Source: Podarcis liolepis (taxonomy: Eukaryota). Taken from it: a stretch of 64,000 bases of DNA. This document shows positions 1 to 9,194 of the stretch, piece by piece. The DNA lies in the NCBI GenBank assembly GCA_965112155.1, contig OZ218100.1. The stretch is one strand, 5' to 3'. The position numbers and the translations under genes are program-made. The notes under the pieces are model-generated. The model had not been told where the DNA came from. It saw only the letters and a list, made by a program, of their open reading frames with translations, and ran no database searches. Numbering within the stretch: the first letter of the stretch is position 1; each line of letters starts with the position of its first letter.

Positions 1-110
1 GAATCCCAATGGGACATAATCTGAGATATTACTATACATTTAAATAGAGCCAAATTTAATAGGCTGGAACATAAACACCAAAAACAGTGTAACTCAAATG
101 GGAGCTTCCC

Positions 111-121
111 CAAGATGGCGC
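111..121 (+). promoter_or_regulatory. YY1-like motif (CAAGATGGCGC) at the 5' end of the LINE, probable internal Pol II promoter element
   Basis: AAGATGGCG lies ~10 nt inside the 5' boundary, as is typical of vertebrate LINE internal promoters. Confidence 0.55.
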
Positions 122-675
122 CGAGGTAAGACGCTCTTATCGGAGCTCAAAGAATTTTTTTAACTAAATGCCTTTGTTGCCGGCTCTCCTCCTTCTTTTG
201 GATTTTATTTCCTTTCGCTACTTCGCTGGGCTTTTGAACATCTTATCTTATCCTCCTCGGTGCCGGGACTTAGTGAAGTTAATGAAGTTTTAACGAAGGC
301 TCTCAGACATTCCCTCCCGGGCATTAAGGCACTCCCTCCCAGTTTCTCATTGACTCCTCGTGACAAACTTATCCCAAGGATCTTTAAGGACCTCTAATGG
401 GCTTTTAACCCTAAAAACTATAAATTTATAAAACCACAAATTTCTCCCACCACCTCTAACTTCGTGGACCCCCAAACATCTCGGTTGTTTTAACAAACTG
501 AGAAGAAGGGGGGGGGATACTTCAAAGGAGTGCTCTAATTGGACCCAGTTTTAAACTCCTCGCAGCAGCCCAGCCAGGACTGAATGAGAACTGAATGAGA
601 TTGCGACCTGAGAACTTTAACACTCTATCACTCCGTTTAGAAGTCTGATCTCATTGATTTAAGAAGAATCTAGCA

Positions 676-2316
676 ATGAGAAGAGCCAAAAGACTCAGAT
701 GTTCTGATACAGAAACTGACGCAGAGCCCTCCGGTTTCAAACAGAGTAATCTAGATAATTACCTGCTACCTCAAAAACAGCACATATCTCCTCCCAAAAC
801 CTTCCTCAACTCTTTACATGGAAAGACAGTTGAAGAGATATCCCTAGGAATAAATGAGGACAAGGCTACTACTCCCATAATCGAGGCACAAGTGCTAATT
901 GATAGAAAGGTGGAGCTGCTGGAGGAATGCTGCCTAATGACTGCTCAAACAGTTCAAAAAATCTTTGAGCAATTACAAAACATCTCCAAGAAGCTGGATA
1001 ACCCAGATGAAAGGAGGCAACTCACTCCCTTTTTGCCATCCTTAATAAGCCCTGGAGACAAACAGAACAAATACAAATTTATACCTCTAAACCAACCAAA
1101 AACCAGAGGAAGCCCCCCTCACTCAGTCAACCTGATACTGAGGCCATGTGAGATTGTTCTCCACATTTTTCCATACAGAGGGCCCCTACCTTACTGGGAG
1201 TCATCCTTCTGGGCCAGACACCATCTAAATCTGCTCCTAGGCCTTGAGGGTGGAAGCATCGACCTAAAAGCAGTCAAGAGGCTCACTAACGATGGACATT
1301 CCAAAAAAGTACTACTAAAATTTGGTAGTCATAGAATTCCAACCAAAATCCTAAGGGTAAAGGCTTATTTAGCCCAGAAAGGAATTATTCCGCGTCGACA
1401 CTTTGAAGATATATCACTCAGACCATTGATTGCATCTAAAAGACAGAACAAGATGAATAAGGCCATTCTACCAGAAGCCGACATCTGCCCTACTCCCGTG
1501 GAAGAACCCAGTAGATGGGAGAAACCGCAGCCAGCTACCCGGGAAATCACACAAGAAAAATCCAAGCTCTCAAACCAAGCGACTGTAGCATCAAACAACA
1601 GCCTCGCCCTTGATACAATAGACTGGACAGTCCCAGAAGAAGTAGATCTGCTGAGTAACTTTACCAAGCTACCAGACAAAGAACAAATAAACATACTCAG
1701 TAAATTGACGAAACTACAGGCCAGATTGACCGAAATTCACCAACAAGGGCAACAAAATGCAGTAGAAACAATACACAATCAAACTTTACACTTACCAGCC
1801 CTCTCCCCTAAATGCATAGTCAAAAAGAAAGCCACCAATGGAACTTTCAAATGTATAGATGCAGACCTTCAAATCCAGCCTCCTTTAGAATATGAAATGG
1901 CAAGGAAAAACTCCAGCAATGAGACCACAAATTCCTGGCTGAGATATCAGATACTAGCTCTAAACGAAATAGGTACCCCTTATTTAAGTACTACAAAGGA
2001 CTCTAACATTGCCGAACAAAAGATGACCTCCAACAGACCTGATTCACTGAGCCCAACATCAAATGAGGCCAAAGAAATGGAACTAGAGACTGAAAACAGT
2101 CCTACTGTCCACAACAGTCTACCAACCACAGAAATTTCTCAGGAACAAGGAATAGTTAAGGAAGAAAACCAAGAAAGGGAGGAAATTTTAATTTCCCGCA
2201 CTTTAAAAAAGAATCTAAAAGACCCACCATTATGTTCCCCGCCGAAAGCAGCGACAAATGGCTGTATCTGCACAAGACAAAATCCCTCGCTGGACTCAAT
2301 AACAGAACTAGAATGA
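676..2316 (+). CDS. LINE ORF1 protein (546 aa): coiled-coil-like segments, a putative RRM-like region and a long low-complexity C-terminal half
   Basis: ATG-initiated open frame upstream of ORF2 inside the TSD-bounded element. IDLKAVKRL...KKVLLKFGS...KILRVKAYLAQKGI resembles the pattern of L1-type ORF1 RRM/CTD. Confidence 0.85.
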   Translation: MRRAKRLRCSDTETDAEPSGFKQSNLDNYLLPQKQHISPPKTFLNSLHGKTVEEISLGINEDKATTPIIEAQVLIDRKVELLEECCLMTAQTVQKIFEQLQNISKKLDNPDERRQLTPFLPSLISPGDKQNKYKFIPLNQPKTRGSPPHSVNLILRPCEIVLHIFPYRGPLPYWESSFWARHHLNLLLGLEGGSIDLKAVKRLTNDGHSKKVLLKFGSHRIPTKILRVKAYLAQKGIIPRRHFEDISLRPLIASKRQNKMNKAILPEADICPTPVEEPSRWEKPQPATREITQEKSKLSNQATVASNNSLALDTIDWTVPEEVDLLSNFTKLPDKEQINILSKLTKLQARLTEIHQQGQQNAVETIHNQTLHLPALSPKCIVKKKATNGTFKCIDADLQIQPPLEYEMARKNSSNETTNSWLRYQILALNEIGTPYLSTTKDSNIAEQKMTSNRPDSLSPTSNEAKEMELETENSPTVHNSLPTTEISQEQGIVKEENQEREEILISRTLKKNLKDPPLCSPPKAATNGCICTRQNPSLDSITELE

Positions 2317-5300
2317 CTAAATGCTGTCAACCAGCCATCAACTCAAAAACGGATCCTACGCTTGCTGTCCTGGAATATTGCAGGGTGGGGAAACAAAGAC
2401 GGAGACCCAGACCTAATGAACTTCCTTAAAGATTTTGAATTAATACTTCTACAAGAAACATGGTCAACTAGAGATATTAAAATCAATGGATTCACCTCCT
2501 ATACGAAACCCGCAGTGAAAACAAACACGAAGGGCCGGCCGAAAGCAGGGTTCTGTTGCATGATCAAAGACAACTTAGGGTTTGAAATCAAGCAGCTAGA
2601 AAAATGCTTACCACTTGCACAAGCTCTACTTTTAACCCAAAAAGACGATACTTTGCTACTTGTAAATGTCTATATCCCCCCAACCAAAAACAACAGCAGC
2701 AGTGAAAATTGGTCACAACTAACCTTTTATATAGAAAATTTGACCGATAAATACCCAAATGCCTCACTGATAATAGCAGGTGATTTTAATGCCAGAGTGG
2801 GAACCAACAATGAACAACTATGTAGCAAACTAAATTGGAATACTGATAATGATATCGCACATGCCCTGAAAATAGGACGATTCTCCAGAGATAGGGTTGT
2901 AAACAACGAAGGCTTACGCCTACTTGAATTATGTAACAACTTTAATTTGCAGATTGTGAACGGTTCAACAAAAGGCGATAGAAGCGGGGAGTTTACATAC
3001 TTCTCCCCCCGAGGATGCAGTGTCATCGACTATATTCTTGTCCCTTATAATATTATAAATTCAATCATGGACCTCAAAATTGGAACGCGTACTGAAAGCG
3101 ACCATCAGCCATTATTGTTGTCTATTAACTTAAAGGACGAAACCAAAATAACCAAGTACAATATCATAGAACCTTCTCAATACAAACAAATGACCCAATT
3201 AAAATGGTCCCAGGAAATGAGTGCAGCAGTGGGGCAAAAACTTACAGCCAACCTGAGAAAACAAGTATTATCCAACTTAAAGACCACTAATCCCCACAGT
3301 GATATTCCGAAAATTTATAATGAAATCTTCCAAATGTTCGTAGAGCTTAGTACTCCACCTAAAGTTTGGGTACTTAAACATAGCGCTAGCCCTTGGTTTG
3401 ATGATGAATGTTTCCAACTAAAAAGAAAGCTGCGCCAAACATTTAAAAATAATCGCGCTAAACTAGAGCCCTCTTATCTTGATGAAAAAAGACAATACCA
3501 TTACATTCTGGCCGAAAAGAAACAGAAATATGCAACCCAAAAATGGCTACAATTACTCGACTCAATTCAGAGTAAAAACAACAAAGCGTTCTGGAACCTG
3601 GTGTACGGAGGATTGAAAGCCGAAAACCAACTAACTCTACCACCAATTGCAGAATCCAAATGGTCCCAATACTTCACATCTGTATTTAACAATCTACACA
3701 GTGAACTCAAAGGAAATGAGACCACTAAAAATAAAATCAATAAACTCCAGGAGTGGCCAAGGGTAGAAGAAGAGGAAATTAGAGAGATAGTTAAAAATTT
3801 CAAATCGGGGAAATCTCCTGGGCCAGACGGTCTACCAATAGAATTATTCAAGACCTATATAGATTGGTGGGCAGAACCCTTAGCTCAATTGTTTACTCTC
3901 ATAGATAAATATGGGATCATACCTGAGATATGGTTAAGATCAATAATTATCCCAATCTTTAAAAATGGCGACCCAAAAGAACCAAGGAATTACAGACCAA
4001 TAAGCCTATTATCAGTGATAGGGAAAATCTACGCTAAGCACCTTTTATCTAAACTTCTTACCTGGATGAAAAATCTAAATTTACCAGGGAAAGAACAAAT
4101 AGGTTTCTCCAAAGGTTGCTCTACATTAGACCACTGCCTTATACTTATGCATTTGGTTGAAAAATATAGATCCCAAAGGCAATCTAAGATATATGCTGCT
4201 TTTGTAGACTTTCGTGGTGCATTCGACTCAATTGACCTCCCAAAGCTGTGGAGGAAACTCGCAGAATTAAAAATTGATCAGCGCTTATTGATTCTAATAC
4301 AAAATCTATACTCTTCCAATACCTGTCAAGTCAAACTTAACACCAAAGGTCACCTTTCATCAGACATCCCAAATTCGAAAGGGGTAAAACAAGGGTGTAT
4401 TCTCGCTCCCTTTCTATTTAATTTATTTTTATCAGACTTGCCAGATCACCTCCAAAAAATAGAATCACATGCCCCTAAACTTAATCAGAAACCAGTTCCT
4501 CTCTTATTATACGCAGATGATGCTGTCCTACTATCATTAACGAGCTTGGGTCTGAAACGTCTTATATCTTCTCTGATCCTTTACTGCGAATGTAACAAAC
4601 TCTCTATAAATTATGAGAAGACAAAAATTTTGGTCTTCTCGAATGGTTGGAAATTAGAGAAATGGAAAATAAGAGGGCAAGAAATCCAACAAGTGAAAAT
4701 CTATAGGTATCTGGGAATTTTATTCCAGAGCAATTTAGGGTGGGCAAATCATCGCACAAATGCCATAAAACAGGCAAAGTGTACCTCATCAGCAGTTGCC
4801 CGTTTTTATTATCAGAAAGGTAATCAATTTATTCCTGCGGCCAATCAGATATTTCAAACAAAAGTGCAATCCCAGATATTCTATGGAATCCCGCTATGGG
4901 TCCAAGCATATAACAGTGATTTAAAAAAGATTCACTCCAGCTTTCTGAGACGTATTCTTGGACTCCCAGCTGTGATTAAATATGAAACAATGTGTGCAGA
5001 AATAGGCATACACACAATGGAATATTGGGCATGGTCCACCTCAATAAAGTACTGGTTACGCTGCCATTTTCGCTGCCCTCCATCAAGTCTGCTCGCTGAT
5101 TTGCTCAAAGACTCCTATAAATCAAGATGGTATCAGTACCTCGAAAAAAAGATTGAATCTTTAGGCATCGAGCTGGAGCCCCTGTACAATTCTAATGAGC
5201 AATACATTTTCCATAATTTCCAAACTAGACTAAAGGATGTCGAGAGACAAAATATTATGGCAGCTGTAAACAAAATTTGCTCCCCCATATTCTATGATTT

Positions 5301-5661
5301 AAATATCTTAGATAGCAGAGCCAATTACGTCACTAAATTAATAATCCCAGCCCAACGTAGGGCTTTTATGCTGGCCCGTTTGAATGTTTTTCCCTCAGCA
5401 TTTGTCAGGGGAAGATATCAAAACATTCCTAGAAACAAGAGATTCTGCAGATGTTCTATGAATGTCCCGGACACTGTAGAGCATATTCTCTTTCATTGCC
5501 CATTGTACAGTATCCCACGTCAACGCGTGCTGTCCCCTCTTTTGGGTGGTCTGGAACCCCAGCAAGGTGAATGTGTGGGATTCTGCCTATCCGACGTCGA
5601 CCAAAGGGTAACGGCGGGGGTAGCCGAGTTTTTGGTAGCAGTCCTCCAAGGAGCAGGTTAA
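2317..5661 (+). CDS. LINE ORF2: apurinic-like endonuclease + reverse transcriptase + C-terminal CCHC knuckle (frame open from 2317; no ATG before the first EN motif)
   Basis: APE motifs SWNIAG, LQETW, NVYIPP, GDFNAR, IDYI, SDH. RT motifs YRPISLL, FVDFRGAFD, GVKQGCILAPFLFN, YADD, YLGI. C-terminal CRC...TVEHILFHC. No stops or frameshifts. The ORF-track start at 2362 is TTG; the first in-frame ATG is at 2416. Confidence 0.96.
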   Translation, partial: LNAVNQPSTQKRILRLLSWNIAGWGNKDGDPDLMNFLKDFELILLQETWSTRDIKINGFTSYTKPAVKTNTKGRPKAGFCCMIKDNLGFEIKQLEKCLPLAQALLLTQKDDTLLLVNVYIPPTKNNSSSENWSQLTFYIENLTDKYPNASLIIAGDFNARVGTNNEQLCSKLNWNTDNDIAHALKIGRFSRDRVVNNEGLRLLELCNNFNLQIVNGSTKGDRSGEFTYFSPRGCSVIDYILVPYNIINSIMDLKIGTRTESDHQPLLLSINLKDETKITKYNIIEPSQYKQMTQLKWSQEMSAAVGQKLTANLRKQVLSNLKTTNPHSDIPKIYNEIFQMFVELSTPPKVWVLKHSASPWFDDECFQLKRKLRQTFKNNRAKLEPSYLDEKRQYHYILAEKKQKYATQKWLQLLDSIQSKNNKAFWNLVYGGLKAENQLTLPPIAESKWSQYFTSVFNNLHSELKGNETTKNKINKLQEWPRVEEEEIREIVKNFKSGKSPGPDGLPIELFKTYIDWWAEPLAQLFTLIDKYGIIPEIWLRSIIIPIFKNGDPKEPRNYRPISLLSVIGKIYAKHLLSKLLTWMKNLNLPGKEQIGFSKGCSTLDHCLILMHLVEKYRSQRQSKIYAAFVDFRGAFDSIDLPKLWRKLAELKIDQRLLILIQNLYSSNTCQVKLNTKGHLSSDIPNSKGVKQGCILAPFLFNLFLSDLPDHLQKIESHAPKLNQKPVPLLLYADDAVLLSLTSLGLKRLISSLILYCECNKLSINYEKTKILVFSNGWKLEKWKIRGQEIQQVKIYRYLGILFQSNLGWANHRTNAIKQAKCTSSAVARFYYQKGNQFIPAANQIFQTKVQSQIFYGIPLWVQAYNSDLKKIHSSFLRRILGLPAVIKYETMCAEIGIHTMEYWAWSTSIKYWLRCHFRCPPSSLLADLLKDSYKSRWYQYLEKKIESLGIELEPLYNSNEQYIFHNFQTRLKDVERQNIMAAVNKICSPIFYDLNILDSRANYVTKLIIPAQRRAFMLARLNVFPSAFVRGRYQNIPRNKRFCRCSMNVPDTVEHILFHCPLYSIPRQRVLSPLLGGLEPQQGECVGFCLSDVDQRVTAGVAEFLVAVLQGAG

Positions 5662-6138
5662 CAACGAAAACCACTGATTTTATATGTATATATATATATA
5701 TGTATGTAGCCAACTGCTGCCTTTTATATATATCTCAAAGCTTTTATATGTTATTTCCTCTTTTATGGTTTTATTTGCACAATGCCTAATAAAGGTTTGA
5801 TAAGTAAGTAGTAAGTAACTCAAATGGAAAGCTTGTTTCAAAGTGCAATTCCCTGCTGGAAAAAAATATCCTATATAAAGACGATCAAGCAATATTCTGC
5901 CATCAATATTTAGAATATATTCAAAGGGAGAAGGGACACCCAGAATTATCGTGCAGTATATTTGTTTCTAGAGAAACCTATTCTGCTTATTGAATAATTT
6001 AAATTTTAATATAATACCAAACCTCCCAATTTATTTTGTTTCTTTGTTTCAATCTGCCTCACACACACAAAAACCCACAACAATCCCACTGGACTTCCTC
6101 AGATATCTAGGTGATAATTAGTTTTCATAAACAAGTTG

Positions 6139-6139
<1 letters not shown>

Positions 6140-6180
<41 letters not shown>
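6140..6180. repeat. (TA)n microsatellite, left flank of the Penelope palindrome
   Basis: Direct read. Confidence 0.95.
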
Positions 6181-6182
<2 letters not shown>

Positions 6183-6258
6183 TTTCGTAGATTTTCACGG
6201 GTACAGGAATGCAGGTTTTGGTGTCTTCGGGTGTCTTCCCGTGTAAGAGTTGGGGTGT

Positions 6259-6303
6259 CTAGGCGACGTTTCGACGAGGTCTCACTCGTCATCTTCAGGC
6301 TGG
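6259..6303 (-). ncRNA. Minimal type I hammerhead ribozyme motif (Penelope-associated)
   Basis: Reverse complement reads CUGAAGA-U-GACGAG-ugagac-CUCGUC-GAAAC-GUC. Confidence 0.75.
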
Positions 6304-6384
6304 TGCTTTCGGCTTCTTGTTACTGGAACAGAGCAGGAACTGTTACTGGAACTGCTCTGTTCCAGTAACAAGAAGCCGAAAGCA

Positions 6385-6429
6385 CCAGCCTGAAGATGAC
6401 GAGTGAGACCTCGTCGAAACGTCGCCTAG
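6385..6429 (+). ncRNA. Minimal type I hammerhead ribozyme motif (Penelope-associated)
   Basis: CTGAAGA at 6390-6396; stem II GACGAG/CTCGTC at 6398-6415; GAAAC at 6416-6420; GTC at 6421-6423. Stem III is essentially absent and stem I is weak. Confidence 0.75.
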
Positions 6430-6472
6430 ACACCCCAACTCTTACACGGGAAGACACCCGAAGACACCAAAA

Positions 6473-6474
<2 letters not shown>

Positions 6475-6519
<45 letters not shown>
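6475..6519. repeat. (TA)n microsatellite, right flank of the Penelope palindrome
   Basis: Direct read. Confidence 0.95.
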
Positions 6520-6521
<2 letters not shown>

Positions 6522-8585
6522 TTTTTGTCTTGCATCCTCAATTATTTTTGAAACCCATAAAGTAATTCTTCAAACATTTTTTATGATTATAATGATGATT
6601 CTTTAGTTTTACATTGCTGTTGAAGGCAACAAAAACTCCACATCATTCATACTGAATAAATAAGGAGTAATTTATGCAACCATATTTTGTTGTTGTAGTT
6701 GCAATTATTGCATGATAGTTTGGCCGTCTGCAGTACTTCTCACCTGTGGCTCATCATGAACAGAACCTTGCATTAGAACATTAGTAAGTGTCATAAAAGA
6801 CCAGAAGATGTTAGAGATGCACTTTCCTTACGACAAGTTAGTGCACGATTGCAGCTTTGCGTAAGGTGAAATAAATAAAATGAGAGAGAGTTTCTTCCAC
6901 TCCCTATTTATTTCCCTCACCCACCCACCGACGCACGCAAAGTTGCATTCATGTAAATTATATATAAGTGCTAGATGTGAGTTACCTGTACTGCAAATCA
7001 TTGGGAACATAAGAAACCCACATTTTCTCTCTCTAAAAACCCCCCTCTTAAGATCAAGAATATCTTTTTTATGTCTGATATGTCCCGATTACTAATAGAA
7101 GCATATTAGACTCCATTTTCCTTTCAAACGTGCAACCATTTGTCCTTTTAAGATGTCTACAATTTAGGGAAACATTTCTTCCAAGTTATTCCCCACCCTA
7201 ATCTTCTCTATCTTTGGGGGTAAAAGAGGTTACTGGTCCAAAGCATACTCGTGTATTTGCAATTACAAGTCCAAGATATACACCCAGACCTTCCATGATT
7301 TGTCTGAAACAGAGCACTCTTGTTGGAAAAAGAAAAACAGCATGAGCAGTCACCTTTAATGTTAAATTGAGAATCACTCTGTGTTCTAAATTACATGAAA
7401 AGAATACAAAAAATATTTCCCCTATGTATTGTTCTACGAAGGGGAAGCACTTACAATAATTAAAAAGATGCCTACAAGAAAATTCATTAGGCAATCTTTT
7501 ATCACAACAGCAAGAGCAGAAAGTCAGTGGTGCACAATGTTTAATTAATCTGTTAAAATAAGGATATTAATACAATGATGATCGTAAAAATCGTATTAAC
7601 ATTCAGACTCCTGCAGAGATTCCATTAACCTTGCCTTCAAGCAACAGAAGCATATGTCAAGTTGTTCCAGCCTCTATGGTACAAATGGGCAGAATATTTC
7701 TTAATCCACGAACCAGTAACATCAGAATCTTTAAATTAAAACAAGCCACTGCTACCCGAGATGGCTCTGTGAGGTCATTGCCATGAACTGTAAGAGGTAA
7801 TCATTCATAATACATGGGCAACGTGGATTACATTAAATGAGAGCAGCACATGTACAGTATATGCACATCTGGAGCAGATGAGCTAAAATATATTTTAGAA
7901 AACAAATTGCAAAGTTCCTTACTGTATGGGGAAACACTTTTCTGCTGAAATCCTATTTGCATGCAATTGGACTCATTTCTGAATAGGATAGCACTATTAA
8001 ACATATTAAAAATGTGTTTTCTAAAAATACATTTCCTAACCAATTGTTCCACCCTGTCCTATTCATTTGCCTGCCCAAATTAATGGACTCAGGCTTCTGT
8101 GACTGTACCTGGAAACCTTCTTCATGTCCCTGTCACCCGTTTATCTGCTATTATAAGAAATATTGTAAATAACGTTCATAAAGTTATACTCTTTTTAAGC
8201 TTTCAGAAAGGCTCTGTGTGTTCTTAATAAATAAAGGCTATTTATCTTATATACTTGATGAAATATTGAGATAAAAAACCCATTGCAAACAAATGTAAAT
8301 GCATATGAAATATACATAATACTTTAATAGAATCTGATTACAATTAGAAACGAACAGTATGTATCTATTTATATACAAAGCAGAATGATGTAAAGACAGT
8401 GTTTATACTGCATTAGCAAAATACCAACCAACAAACTGAACAAATGCCTCTCATAAGATATTGTAGAGCACAAAAATGTCAGCAACCTAAACAAATATGT
8501 TTATAAATATCACAAACTATAACAAACCAAAAAATATAGCAAACTGTGACAAACCCCAAATGCAGATGGACCCTGATCTTTCTCA

Positions 8586-8616
8586 GTGGTCCCTTCCAAC
8601 TCTACAATTCTATGAT
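8586..8616 (+). mobile_element. CR1 LINE extreme 3' fragment
   Basis: GGTCCCTTCCAACTCTACAATTCTATGAT, the typical CR1 3' terminus. Similar stubs near 13035-13064, 19560-19615 and, reversed, 54230-54295. Confidence 0.6.
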
Positions 8617-9194
8617 ATATAACATATAAAGTTGTCATAACCATGCATTTCATGATGATTAAAAATTCATCCTTCAAATGATACTTGCAAAAACTATTTG
8701 CAAATACCTTAAGATAATTCAGCCAGCACACCTTCAAACCATGTTGCCATGAACCCCTATCTGGCCCCTAGCAGGTAGAAAAGAGCAGTGTTTGTAATCA
8801 GTGGTTCAAAACCCTTGCTGGCAGAGTTAGCTTAAAGGGATATCCCCAATATTTCTTCAAAAGGGTATAATTATTTCTGATGAAAATACACAACACATTT
8901 AAATAAAAGCATTATGGCCAGCAATCTGTCATGCACCTGCTGAAATTCCCTCTTATTCCCAACTATAAAAAGTGTGGGAGCTCTGTCCTCTTTTTCATTG
9001 GCAAAGTCCTGATAGGTTTTTTTTTAAAAAAAAAATCCCTCCTTTAAACAAATCCAAATCTTTATCTGGATGCCTTAAATTCTGCTATTTAAACTGTTAG
9101 ACCTTCATGCCACAGAATAATCTACTTCTGAAAGTTCCCTTGTTTTCATGTGGCTTGTAATGCAACATTATAGGCTTTATGCAAAGCAGAACTT

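Larger units (their letters stand above)
102..5814 (+). mobile_element. Full-length non-LTR retrotransposon (LINE), RTEX-like, apparently intact
   Basis: Perfect 13-bp TSD GTAACTCAAATGG at 89-101 and 5815-5827. ~570-nt 5'UTR, ORF1, then an APE-RT ORF2; AATAAA at 5788-5793 followed by a (TAAG)-like tail at 5801-5814. The clade (RTEX rather than an L2/CR1-group clade) is inferred from the two-ORF layout, LLYADDAVL and the C-terminal knuckle, and needs an RT phylogeny. Confidence 0.93.
6181..6475. mobile_element. Miniature head-to-head (palindromic) insertion of two Penelope-like element 3' ends
   Basis: 124-bp inverted arms at 6213-6336 and 6352-6475 with a 15-bp spacer. Arm sequence matches the 3' end of the Penelope copy at 62161-62284. 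Confidence 0.92.

Noticed and set aside
2362-2364. ORF-track start 'M' of ORF2
   Set aside because: The codon is TTG, not ATG, and the frame is open back to the TGA at 2314-2316.
2232-2429. 65-aa ORF overlapping the junction (AUGA stop-start coupling)
   Set aside because: The ATG at 2313 is out of frame with ORF2 and stops at 2429, so SART1-like overlap coupling would not yield ORF2.
6111-6541. ORFs with YIYIYI runs and repeated RFWCLRVSSRV (also at 61978-62319)
   Set aside because: These are translations of (TA)n plus the antisense of the non-coding Penelope 3' end.
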